64,000 bases of DNA from assembly GCA_963827955.1 (NCBI GenBank), contig CAWHDJ010000018.1, positions 1,245,297 to 1,309,296 on the forward strand, written 5' to 3'. This stretch comes from an uncultured delta proteobacterium. Lineage in GTDB: Bacteria; Myxococcota_A; Polyangia; Polyangiales; Polyangiaceae. The notes below the pieces were generated by a model. That model did not search any database, was not told the origin of the DNA, and saw nothing but the letters and a program-made list of their open reading frames with translations. Position numbers and translations under genes: made by a program. Below, in pieces: positions 29,379 to 39,502 of the stretch. Position 1 is the first letter of the stretch; the number at the start of each line of letters is the position of its first letter.

Positions 29379-31872
29379 ATGAGCGAGCGAACGGAGCCGG
29401 CGTGGCTCGACTTACTGGGCATCGCTTTGCTCGCAGCGGTCTACCTCGGCCTCGCCCGGCTGGGGCTCGCGATGGACGCCATCGGGGGGTTCGCGACCCT
29501 GGTCTGGGTGCCGTCGGGCATCGCGCTCGCCGTGATCCTGAGGTTCGGGCGTCGCCTGTGGCCCGGCGCCTTGATCGGCTCCTTCATCGCCAACCTGCTC
29601 TCCGCCGCGCCGGTCCCGGTCGCGCTCGCGATCGGCGCCGGCGACGCGATCGAGGTGCTGACCGCCGCCCTCCTGCTCGAGCGCGCCTGCTACCGCCCCG
29701 CGCTCGACCGCCCGCGCGACGTGCTCGCCCTGGTCGCGTTCGCCGCGTTGCTCGCGTCCGCGCTCGGCGCCTCCATCGGGGTGCTCGCCCTGCTCGCCGG
29801 GCGCGTCCTCCCGGCGGCGACCGCCGCCGTCGCCTTTCGCGCGTGGTGGCTCGGCGACGCCGCCGGGATCCTCGTCGTGACGCCGCTCGCGTCCGTCGGC
29901 TGGGCGCACCTCCCCCCGCTCACGGTGAAGCGCGCGCTCGAAGCGGCCGGCGTGCTCGCGGCGCTCTTCGCCGTCGCCGCCTTCGTGTTCTTCGGCCCGG
30001 GCCCGCAGCCCTCGCCGTTCTGGCACCCGTACCTGGTCTACCTCGTGCTCCTCTGGGCGGCGCTGCGCTTCGGCCAGCACGGCGCGACGATGACCGTCTT
30101 CTTCGCCGCGCTCCTGGCCATCTGGGGGACCGCGACGGGCCACGGCCCCGCGCTCCGGCCGACGCTCCACGAGAGCCTCGCCAACCTCCAGCGATTCATG
30201 GTCGTCTTCGCGGTGACGGCCCTCTGCCTCGGCGCCGTCATCGTCCAGCTCCAGCGCGTCTCGGTGGAGCGCGCGGGCCTCCTCGACGCGCAGCGGGAGG
30301 CGCTCGCGCGGATCGGCGCCGCGGAGCAGCGCGGGGCGCTCCTCGCCCTCCTGCTCGACCAGTCGAACGACGCCGTCGTGGTCCGGGAGATCGGGGACGG
30401 CATCGTCTACTGGAACCAGGGCGCGGAGCGGCTCTACGGCTTCTCCGCCGGCGAGGTGCGCGGCAAGACCTCGCGCGCGCTCCTGCACACCGAGCTCCCG
30501 AGCGGGCTCCCCATGTCGAGCGTCGACGCCGCCCTCGTGGCCGACGGGCACTGGGACGGCGAGCTCTTCCAGACGACGCGCGACGGGCGCAGGCGCTGCG
30601 TCGAGAGCCGGCAAGTGCTCAGCCGCTTCGGCGACGGGCCGGCGCTCGTGCTGGTGACGAGCCGCGACGTCACGGCGCGCAAGGAGGCGGAGGCGGAGCG
30701 GGAGCAGCTCCTCGAGAGCGAGCGCGCGGCGCGTGGCCTCGCGGAGCGGGAGGCGCGCAGCAAGGACGAGTTCGTGGCCACGCTCTCGCACGAGCTTCGC
30801 ACGCCCCTCAACGCCATCCTCGGCTGGGCCTCGATGCTCCGCGGCGGGCGGCTCGACGCCGAGGCGTCCGCGCGGGCGCTCGAGACCATCGAGCGCAACG
30901 CGCGCGCCCAGGCGCAGATGGTCGAGGACCTGCTCGACGTGAGCCGGATCGTCTCGGGCAAGCTCCGCGTCGACGTCCGGCAGATGAACCTCTGCGAGGT
31001 CGTCGAGGCCGCGATCGCGTCCCTCCAGCCGGCCGCCGCCGCCAAGCGGATCCGGATTCGAGCGGGTGATCGACCCGCTGGCGTGCGAGGTCGAAGGCGA
31101 CCCGGCGAGGCTCCAGCAGGTGGTGTGGAACCTCGTCGGCAACGCGATCAAGTTCACCCCGAAGAGCGGGCACGTGCGCGTCGTCGTGCAGAGGTCCGGC
31201 TCGTACGCGGAGGTCGTCGTGCGCGACGACGGCCCCGGGATCGCCGCCGAGTTCCTCCCCCACCTCTTCGAGCGCTTCCGCCAGGCCGACGCATCGAGGA
31301 CGCGCCGCCACGGCGGCCTGGGCCTCGGGCTCGCGCTCGTGAAGCACCTCGTGGAGATGCACGGCGGCACCGTCGGCGTGGAGAGCGAGGGCGAGGGGAA
31401 GGGGGCGACGTTCGTCGTCCGCCTGCCGATCTGCCCCGTGGTCTCGCGAGGCACGGAGCCCAGCGCGCCGGCGGTCCGCGAGTCGCTCAAGGGGGTGAAG
31501 GTGCTCGTGGTGGACGACGAGGAGGACACGCGCGAGCTCGTCCGGCGCGTGCTGTCGGAGAGCGAGGCGGAGGTCGTGGCGGTCGGCTCCGCCGCCGAGG
31601 CGCTCGACGAGGTGCCGCGCTTCCGCCCCGACGTGCTCCTCAGCGACATCGGCATGCCGCACCAGGACGGCTACCAGCTCCTCCGCGCGCTCCGGGCGCT
31701 CGGCGAGGACCGGGGCGGCAAGACGCCCGCCGCCGCGCTCACCGCGTACGCGCGCCCCGAGGACCGCCTCCACGCCCTCCGCGCCGGCTACCAAATCCAC
31801 GTCCCCAAGCCGGTCGACGTGACCGAGCTCTGCACCGTGGTGGCGAGCCTGGCGGGGCGCATCTCGACATGA
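29379..31872 (+). CDS. Hybrid sensor histidine kinase (MASE1 membrane sensor, PAS, HisKA, HATPase_c, receiver). It has a frameshift near 31060.
   Basis: Seven or more TM helices at the N-terminus. H-box LSHELRTPLNAILGW. G-boxes in the second frame (DDGPGI…GGLGLGLALV). Receiver with D (VLLSDIGMP) and K (IHVPKP). Confidence 0.75.
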
Positions 31873-31918
31873 GGTCGAAGGGAGAGCGCCGAGGCCGCGC
31901 AAGGTATACGCTTGGGGC

Positions 31919-32350
31919 GTGGACGAAGGGTCTCCCCGCGGAAGCGTGCGCATCTTGGTGGTCGACGACGACGCCGACCATCGCGCCACCCTCTGCAGCG
32001 TTCTGGAGGAGGCCGGCTACCGCGTCGAAGGTGCCCCGCAGGGGCGCGCGGCGCTGGACCGCATGCTCGCCGGCGACTTGCCGGATCTCGTCCTGCTCGA
32101 CATGTGCATGCCGGTCATGGACGGCTGGGCGTTCTCGGCAGAGCTCCACCAGCACCCGCGCCTCTCCCGGATCCCCGTCGTGGTCATGTCCGGACGGGGA
32201 GAGTGCACGCTCAGCGCAGCCCCCGTCTCCGCGGGGTACCTCCTCAAGCCGCTCGATCTGCACCAGCTCCTCGAGATGATCTCCACCTGCCTGTGGAGGT
32301 ACGAGCAGCGGAAGATGGCCAGAGGCGGCGGCGACGAGACGCTCGGCTGA
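31919..32350 (+). CDS. Single-domain response regulator (receiver)
   Basis: VRILVVDDDADHRATL…LVLLDMCMPVMDG…YLLKPLD. Confidence 0.7.
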   Translation: MDEGSPRGSVRILVVDDDADHRATLCSVLEEAGYRVEGAPQGRAALDRMLAGDLPDLVLLDMCMPVMDGWAFSAELHQHPRLSRIPVVVMSGRGECTLSAAPVSAGYLLKPLDLHQLLEMISTCLWRYEQRKMARGGGDETLG

Positions 32351-32370
32351 GAGCGACGCCGGGGGCGCGG

Positions 32371-33501
32371 TCAGGACAGCTCGCCGTCGATCGCCGCGTG
32401 GAGCGCGACGAGCGCCTTCTCGAAGCGCCCGAGGCGCACGCCCGGGTTGTGCCGCACGCCGCGCTGGATGCCCTCGCCGATGGCGAAGTCCTCCTCGAAG
32501 ACGCGCAGCAGGAGGGCGAGGTTCTTCTCCCAGTAGGCGCGCGCCTTGTCGGTCGCCGGCGCGCTCGGCACCAGCATGACCTGATCGATCCACGTCTCGT
32601 CCGTGCCGTGCGGATGGAAGGTGAACAGCACGACGTGGTCGGGCTCGACGAGCACCATCGCGTTCGGGAAGAGGTAGTACACCACCACCGCGTGCGGGCG
32701 TAGCTCCCAGCTCTCTTCGGGCGCGGTGGAGAGGTCCTTGATCGAGCGCCTCGGCGCGACCAGGCGGAGGTTCCGGCCGAACGACTCGAAGAGGCCCGCG
32801 TGGTCGAAGAAGGCCGGGTAAATCGAGTCCCTGTGCGCGACGCGGAGGTGGTAGCCCTCGCAGAACCCTTCGATCGCCACCTTCCAGTTCATCGCCCGGC
32901 GCCAGCGGCGGCGGTCGAAGGGGACGTGGGAGGCGAGCGCGAGGCCGGCGATGTCGTCGCCGAGGGGCGGCTCGTCGCTGGGGGACGGCATCGCGACGGG
33001 CGCGCCCGCCGACGGCGTGACCCAGACGAGCCCGTGGCTCACCTCGACCGGGAGCGGCACGAGGCCGCTCGCGTCGCGCACGAGCGTCGGGAACCCTTCC
33101 TCGTGCGGCACGCCGAGCAGGCGCCCGTCGAGGCGGTAGCTCCAGCCGTGGTAGGGGCAGACGAGGGCGCGCGCCGAGCCGGTCTCCGCCGCGCACAGGC
33201 GCGTGCCGCGGTGCCGGCACACGTTGAGGAAGGCGCGCAGCGCGCCGTCGTCGCCTCGGACCAGGAGGACGGGCAGGCCCCCGGCGTCGATCGAGAGGAA
33301 GTCGCCCGGCCGCGCGACCTCACCGACGTGCGCGATGAGCACGGGGTGCCGGCCGAGGAGCGCCTCCTCGCGGCGGAGGCGCGCTGGATCGTGGTAACGC
33401 CGAGCGTCAATCACGACGTCTTGCTCGGCCATGTCGGTCGTCCGCGCCTCGATCTGGGCAAGGAGGCGACGCACGGTCGCGCGCTGGGTCTCTGGGCGCA
33501 T
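32371..33501 (-). CDS. Rieske non-heme iron oxygenase, alpha subunit-like
   Basis: Rieske CRHRG…CPYHGW. Mononuclear-iron region EGYHLRVAHRDS…; about 375 aa. Confidence 0.75.
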   Translation of the reverse strand: MRPETQRATVRRLLAQIEARTTDMAEQDVVIDARRYHDPARLRREEALLGRHPVLIAHVGEVARPGDFLSIDAGGLPVLLVRGDDGALRAFLNVCRHRGTRLCAAETGSARALVCPYHGWSYRLDGRLLGVPHEEGFPTLVRDASGLVPLPVEVSHGLVWVTPSAGAPVAMPSPSDEPPLGDDIAGLALASHVPFDRRRWRRAMNWKVAIEGFCEGYHLRVAHRDSIYPAFFDHAGLFESFGRNLRLVAPRRSIKDLSTAPEESWELRPHAVVVYYLFPNAMVLVEPDHVVLFTFHPHGTDETWIDQVMLVPSAPATDKARAYWEKNLALLLRVFEEDFAIGEGIQRGVRHNPGVRLGRFEKALVALHAAIDGELS

Positions 33502-33763
33502 GCGCCCCGAGTATACCCGTGGAAGGCCGCCGGCTGGGGAACGCGACCCCCACTGGATCGATCGCCGCCCACCCTCTCGCCGCATGAACACCGCGTTTCT
33601 ACCGCGAAAGTCGGGGTCCGGAGCCTGGCACGCCGCTCGCCAAGGGAGCGGCCATGCTCGACCGGACCCGCTTCGCCGCTGCGACACGTATCCTCCTCGG
33701 CGCCCTCGCCTTCCCCGCGATCCTCGCCGGCTGTATCGGCGTCGAGGACCCGAACGAGCCCCT

Positions 33764-34582
33764 TCACTCCCCCGGGACGATGATCGCTTCCCCGCTCCGC
33801 ATCCGGCCGGGGTTGAACAGGTTCGCCTTCCGGTGGTGGTTCGCGTGCCAGTAGATGCCGTGCCACAGCACGTTGCCGACGCGGTAGTACCCCGTGTTCA
33901 AGTTCACGGGGCGGAAGTCGCGGCTGGGCGAGAACGCGTTGTGCGTCGACCAGTTGAAGTGGATGAGGTGCAGGATCCCGAGGATCGTGGCCGGCACGAA
34001 GAAGCGGAAGAACGCCAGCGGGCCCAGGAACGTGTACCAGCAGGCGAGGAGCGCGAGCATCGTCGAGAAGCTCAGCGCGGCGCGGATCTTCTCGAACCGC
34101 CGCGTCACGGACGAGTTGCCGTAGAGGTCGAAGTAGGCGGCCTGGAGCTGCCGCTCCACGTTCACGAGCGTGAAGACGACGTAGCGCCAGTAGCTCGGCA
34201 TCACCGGGTGCGGGTCCTTGACCGTGTCGTCGGAGTAGCGGTGGTGCCGCTGGTGGATCACCTCCCACGAGGCGAAGCGCGTGAGCACCACGACGCCGCA
34301 GATCTCGCCGACGATCCGGTTGACCGCGCGCGGGAAGTTCCCGTGCGAGCAGTTGTGGATCCAGACGCTGCACAGGATCTGCGCCTGGCAGACGAGGGGC
34401 AGGAGCAGCCAGTAGCGCGCGTCCCACGTCTCGATGAGCGGCCGGTGGCCGGCGTAGCGCATCGCCGCCACGAGCGCGACGCAGAGCACGAAGTAGAAGC
34501 CGTCGTACCAGACGTAGAAGTAGCGGTTCTTCCGGAGCTGCGTGTTGGGGAGCGAGGTCAGCGTGGAGACGATGGCGGTCAC
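33764..34582 (-). CDS. Membrane fatty-acid desaturase-family protein (three His boxes)
   Basis: HNCSHG, HQRHHRY, HGIYWHANHH, with four predicted TM helices. Confidence 0.7.
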   Translation of the reverse strand: MTAIVSTLTSLPNTQLRKNRYFYVWYDGFYFVLCVALVAAMRYAGHRPLIETWDARYWLLLPLVCQAQILCSVWIHNCSHGNFPRAVNRIVGEICGVVVLTRFASWEVIHQRHHRYSDDTVKDPHPVMPSYWRYVVFTLVNVERQLQAAYFDLYGNSSVTRRFEKIRAALSFSTMLALLACWYTFLGPLAFFRFFVPATILGILHLIHFNWSTHNAFSPSRDFRPVNLNTGYYRVGNVLWHGIYWHANHHRKANLFNPGRMRSGEAIIVPGE

Positions 34583-34867
34583 TCGGGGCGCTCCTTCGTA
34601 AGAAACTTCCCGGGGGTGCCTTCGGACTCTCCCGACGCTCCCCCGCAGATCAGCCCGGATATCCTATTTGTCGCGGGCCGTCTACAAAGCCCCGCTCGCT
34701 GGATCAGAGGTTGCTACCGCGAAAACCGCTTCGCGGCGCGACCGCTGCACAGACGCTGAGGGGGACACTGCGAAGCTTGATTCGCGCTTTCCCGATCGAA
34801 TGTGCCGTGTCGGAAGCTCGACGTTGGCGCGTTGTCCGACTGGGGCGATTCTGATAAACGGGGGATC

Positions 34868-35806
34868 GTGACCAAGGCAGAGCCCTGGCTCGTCAAGCAC
34901 CCGGCCGAGTGGCGGCAGATCGGCATCGTCGCCGTGTACCTCGGCCTCCTCGGTGCCATGTACGCCGTGCCGGCCTGCCGCAACGTCGTCTTCCTCGGAG
35001 CTGCCTGCTACTTCAGCTTCCTCAACGCGGTGGTCATCCACAACCACCTGCACCAGGCCATCTTCCGCAGCCGGCGCCTCAACATGCTCTGGCGCTGCGT
35101 GCTCAGCTTCGGCTCGCTCTACCCGGCCTCGGCGAACATCCCCTCGCACAACCTGGTCCATCACCACTTCGACGACGACGGGCAGCCCGACTGGGCCGCG
35201 CCCGAGCACGTCTCGTTCCGGTGGAACCTGCTCAACCTGGTCCACTTCCCCAACGTCGCCGGGCCCAACACCTTCGCCGGCGTCCAGCGCTGGGCCCTGC
35301 TCTCCGGCAAGAAGGAGTTCGTGCGCCAGTACCGCATCGAGCTCGCCTTCGCGTTCGGCCTGACGGGGCTCCTCGCCCTCCACGACTTCTGGACCACGCT
35401 CTTCTTCGTCGTCATCCCGCAGCTCTACGGCGCGCGCGGCATCCTGCGCGTCAACCTGCTCCAGCACGACGGCTGCGACACGCGGAGCGACTGGAACCAC
35501 TCGCGCAACTTCGTCGGGCGCTTCTACAACTGGATCATGTGCAACAACGGCTTCCACACGATCCACCACAACCGCGCGGGCCTCCACTGGTCGACGCTGC
35601 GCGACGCGCACGAGCGCGACGTCGTTCCGCGCGTCGACCCGCGCCTCGACGAGCCGAGCATGGTGCTCTACCTGCTCCGCACCTACGTCTTCAACTTCCG
35701 CCGGCCTGCAGCGTTCGACGTCGCGGCGGCCGAGCGGCGCGGCCCCACGATCGATCTCGCGTCGCGCTCCGTGCGCCGCGCCGAGGCGGAGGCCGCCGGG
35801 GCTTAG
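34868..35806 (+). CDS. Membrane fatty-acid desaturase-family protein (second copy, divergent from the first)
   Basis: HNHLH, HNLVHHH, HTIHHNRAGLH. GTG start assumed at VTKAEPWLVK. Confidence 0.65.
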   Translation: MTKAEPWLVKHPAEWRQIGIVAVYLGLLGAMYAVPACRNVVFLGAACYFSFLNAVVIHNHLHQAIFRSRRLNMLWRCVLSFGSLYPASANIPSHNLVHHHFDDDGQPDWAAPEHVSFRWNLLNLVHFPNVAGPNTFAGVQRWALLSGKKEFVRQYRIELAFAFGLTGLLALHDFWTTLFFVVIPQLYGARGILRVNLLQHDGCDTRSDWNHSRNFVGRFYNWIMCNNGFHTIHHNRAGLHWSTLRDAHERDVVPRVDPRLDEPSMVLYLLRTYVFNFRRPAAFDVAAAERRGPTIDLASRSVRRAEAEAAGA

Positions 35807-35825
35807 GGACATCGAGGGGGGAGTC

Positions 35826-36602
35826 GTGCTGTCGAAGGAAGTCATGGGCGCGCTCGCGCTCGCGATCCTCTGGGTCAACGTGCTGCTCATCGCAGCGGCG
35901 GCCGCCAAGCAGGCCGCTGCGCTCCTCCGCCGCCGCGCGGCGCTCGCCGGCGTGGTGCGCGGGCGCGTGACACGCGGGGCCGGTCCCGGCGGGGCGCTCG
36001 CCGCGTACCGGGTCGAGCAGGTCGGGCGCGCGGCGGGCGAGGACGACATCCTCTTCCACGACCGGCGCGCCGCGGGCGAGGTCTTCGGCGGAGTCGTCGC
36101 GCCCGACGGCGGCGAGCCCGTCACGGTCGTGGCCGCGGCGTCCGCGGAGGTCTGGCTCGACGCCGAGGCGCTCTCGCTCGCGGGGGCGTGCCCCTCGGCG
36201 TCCGAGTTCGCCCGCGCCCACGCGTCGGCGCGCAAGGTCCAGGGCTTCGATCGCACCGTGGTCGCGACGGTCGGCGAGGGGGCCGAGGTCTACGTGAGCC
36301 CGCGCGGCGACGTCCTCGTGGCGACCATGGATCCCCGCGCGCTCCTCGCGCGGAAGGCCGCCCTCTCCGCGGCCTTCGTCGCCGGCGAGATCCTCGCCGC
36401 CGCCGCCTGTACCACGCTGGCCCTCTGGCCCCCGCGCTTCGGCCTCGTGAGCATCGCCGGCGCCGCCCTCTCCCTCGGCTTCTTCCTCGGCGTGCAGCCC
36501 GCGGGCACCGCCGTCCGCGACGCCGTGCTCGTCCCGAGCCGCGCCTTCCTCCGCGGGCGCTGGTCGCGCCCGTCGGCGGCGCCGATCCCGAGCGAGGCGT
36601 AG
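35826..36602 (+). CDS. Hypothetical integral membrane protein
   Basis: N- and C-terminal TM helices (ALALAILWVNVLLIAAAAA; ILAAAACTTLALWPP…AGAALSLGFFLGV). Confidence 0.4.
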   Translation: MLSKEVMGALALAILWVNVLLIAAAAAKQAAALLRRRAALAGVVRGRVTRGAGPGGALAAYRVEQVGRAAGEDDILFHDRRAAGEVFGGVVAPDGGEPVTVVAAASAEVWLDAEALSLAGACPSASEFARAHASARKVQGFDRTVVATVGEGAEVYVSPRGDVLVATMDPRALLARKAALSAAFVAGEILAAAACTTLALWPPRFGLVSIAGAALSLGFFLGVQPAGTAVRDAVLVPSRAFLRGRWSRPSAAPIPSEA

Positions 36603-37277
36603 CTACGCGCGCGCCATCTTCGGCGCGTAGAAGAGCCTGACGAGCAGGCTGTCCCCGCTCGCCTGCACGCCGGCCCGGCTCGGGTCCTCGATCCCGAGAT
36701 CGCGCCGCACCGCGGCGAGCGGCGCGCTCAGGCAGCGCTCGAGCGGCGCGGCCATCACCAGCGCGGCGCGCTCGCCCATCTCGAGGCCCACGCGGACGTT
36801 GTGCAGGATGCGGGGCGCCTGGGTCGGCGAGAGGGCGGCGTAGAGGAGGCTCGCGAAGCGGAGCATCGCGCGCGAGACGGGCGCCGAGCCCTGCCCGACG
36901 TTGAACGCGAGCACGCCCATCTCCCCGGCGAGGCCGGCGTCGAAGCCGGTCAGCACGTGGTGCAGGTCGTGCGTCTCCGTGTACCGGAGCGCGTACACGT
37001 TGCCCCGGAAGCGCTCCCGCACGGAGGCGCTGACGTCGAGCGGGACGATGCCGTTCTCGTCGAGGAAGTGGGCGTACGCGTACCCGAGCGTGCCCTCCGG
37101 CATCCGGCGCAGCGCGGGGAGGTCGGGCGCCAGCGCATCGACGGGCAGCCCCTGCAGCTCGCCGGCGACGGCCGGCGCCGCCTCGGTGAGCGCGTCCATC
37201 TTGAGCACCACGACGTCGCCGAGCGGTGCGCCCGAACGGTAGGCGCGCAGCGCATGGAGCAGCTTGCCGAAGTTCAT
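36603..37277 (-). CDS. Coq4-family protein (ubiquinone biosynthesis COQ4-like, HDxxH metal site)
   Basis: …YTETHDLHHVLTGFD…, the HDxxH…E signature of Coq4. Confidence 0.5.
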   Translation of the reverse strand: MNFGKLLHALRAYRSGAPLGDVVVLKMDALTEAAPAVAGELQGLPVDALAPDLPALRRMPEGTLGYAYAHFLDENGIVPLDVSASVRERFRGNVYALRYTETHDLHHVLTGFDAGLAGEMGVLAFNVGQGSAPVSRAMLRFASLLYAALSPTQAPRILHNVRVGLEMGERAALVMAAPLERCLSAPLAAVRRDLGIEDPSRAGVQASGDSLLVRLFYAPKMARA

Positions 37278-37372
37278 GGCCGAAATGTGGGGACGGGCGG
37301 CGTGCTGTGCAAGTGGACACCTCCCCGGCGCTCCGACGCGGACGGCAGCGTTCAGAAGATGGGGCATTCGCG

Positions 37373-37585
37373 CTAAATCACCGAGCACGATCCTCGTTCA
37401 AGGAGCCGGGAGCAACGTATGGAACCCCGGGCGTGAGCCCGCGGACCGGAGCCGCGCGCGTCAGCACGCGGAGGCCGCGGCACAGCCCCTGACGTCATGG
37501 TCCCCGCGCTCACGCGCGAGGCTCCGGTCCGCGGGCTCACGCCCGTGGGTTCCATCGTTGTGTCAGGATCGCACTCGGTGATTTA
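37373..37585. repeat. MITE-like palindromic element, family 1, copy 2
   Basis: About 97% identical to 2472..2687 over its whole length, with the same TIRs and inner stem. Confidence 0.8.
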
Positions 37586-37595
37586 GCATCCGAGC

Positions 37596-39483
37596 ATGCT
37601 TATCCGACGACGACTGCTTCGCCTCGCGCCGCTTGCCGCGCTCGTCCTCCTCATCCCCGCCGCCTGTGGGGGAACCGCGCAGCAGCAGGAGGGGACGGCG
37701 GGGGCGGGGGGAGCGAGGGGAACGGGGGGAGCGCCGGGGACGGGGGGAACGGGGGGACAGGGGGAGCGTCGCCCTCCGGGGGCGACGGTACGTCCTGCGC
37801 CCACGCGGTCGACATCACCGAGAGGGTCGCCGGAGGCGCCACCTACACCGGTCGGGCGACGGCGGACGGCGACTTCCAGGGACTCTGCGCCTCGCAGAAG
37901 GGCAGCATCGAGTACCTCCGCTTCGACGCGAAGCCCGGCAACTACCGGATCTCCCTCTCCGGCACGAGCGACGACACGGCCCTGACCGCCGTGCTCGACG
38001 TCCGGACCGACTGCGCGTCGTCCGCGAGCGAGATTGGCTGCGACCCCCACGCGGTGTCTCCCCCACCCTGGTCGGCGTGGACGAGGCCGGCCCCGTCTTC
38101 CTCGTGCTCTCGGGCGACTGGTACGGCAAGGGGTACGAGATCCGCGTCGAGCCGGCGATGCCTTGCACCGCCGACTACGACTGCACCCAGAGCTACCCAG
38201 AGACCCTGTGCGACACGACGACCGGGGCCTGCTACGCGCCGCTCGCCTGCGCCGCGGGCACCGCGGACTGCGACGCCAATCCGGACGACGGGTGCGAGAC
38301 CGACACCACCAAGGACACGGCGAACTGCGGCGCCTGCGGCGTCTCCTGCCAGGGCCCGAACGTGAAGAGCGGCACGTGCGCGGCCTCGTCCTGCGCGCTC
38401 ACCTGCGACACCGGCTACGCGGACTGCGACGAGCACCCCACGAACGGGTGCGAGACCTACCTCCTCGGCGACGGCGCGAACTGCGGTGCCTGCGGACACG
38501 ACTGCATGCACGGCGGCTGCGCGGCCTCGATCTGCACCGCGCCCCCGGTCGCGCTCGGCACGACCAGCACGGTGGCCCCGAACGGCCCCGTCGCGCTCGA
38601 CGCCACCAGCGTGTACGTCGCCGGAGAGCTCACCCAGAACATGGGCGGAGTGATCTCCGTCCCCAGGTCGGGCGGCGCCGCCACCCTGCTCGTGAACGAC
38701 GACTGCAACGTCGCATCTCTCGTCGTCGACGCGACGACGGTCTACTGGGCCGGCAGGGACTGCAACACGGTCGACGCGGCGATCAAGTCGGCGCCGGTCG
38801 CGGGCGGCGCGACGACGGTGCTCGCGAGCGACCAGGTCTACGAGCCGGCAGGGCTCCTCGCGGACGCGACCACCCTCTACTGGTACGACGCGGTCATCGA
38901 AGCGATCCTCTCGCTCCCCAAGGCCGGCGGCGAGCCGAGCATCCTCGTGGGCGTGCAGAAGAACGGCGGCGCGGCGGAGATCCTCGGGCTCGCCGCCGAC
39001 GCGACGACGCTCTACTTCACGACCGCGGACGACATCGCGAACACGTGGGAGTCTCCTCCATCCCCAAGTCCGGCGGCGCGCCCAAGACCCTCGCGCCGCT
39101 CCCGCCGGGGTCCTCCGGGCAGCTCGCGATTCTCGGGCACGGACCTCTACGTCGCCACCGACACGAACATCGCCCACATCTCGACCACGGGCGGCTCCCT
39201 CACCCCGTTCACCAGCGCGAACCTGGGGTCGGCCGACCCCTCCTTCACGCCGGCGGTCACCTCGATGGCGATTGCGGGCGGGAACCTCTACTGGTCCGCG
39301 GGCGCCACCAGCGCCATCGCGCTCTGCCCGACCCCCGGAGGCATCTGGAGGATCCCGCTCGCCGGCGGCCCCGCCGTCGGGCTCGCGAGCGACGAGTCCC
39401 CCGGGCCCATCGCGGCCGACGCGAGCGGCGTCTACATGAGCGCGACCTGCTCCGGCGCCGTGGCCCTCCACGCGGGGCCCTAG
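37596..39483 (+). CDS. Secreted lipoprotein, tandem paralog 1. Domain order: PPC-like beta-sandwich, Cys-rich DCD…DGCET repeats, C-terminal beta-propeller. It spans three frames.
   Basis: MLIRRRLLRLAPLAALVLLIPAACGG; …CETDTTKDTANCGACG…; propeller blades ATTVYWAG / ATTLYWYD / GTDLYVATD / GGNLYWSAG. Confidence 0.7.
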
Positions 39484-39502
39484 CGTGCGCTAGCCTCCGA
39501 TC

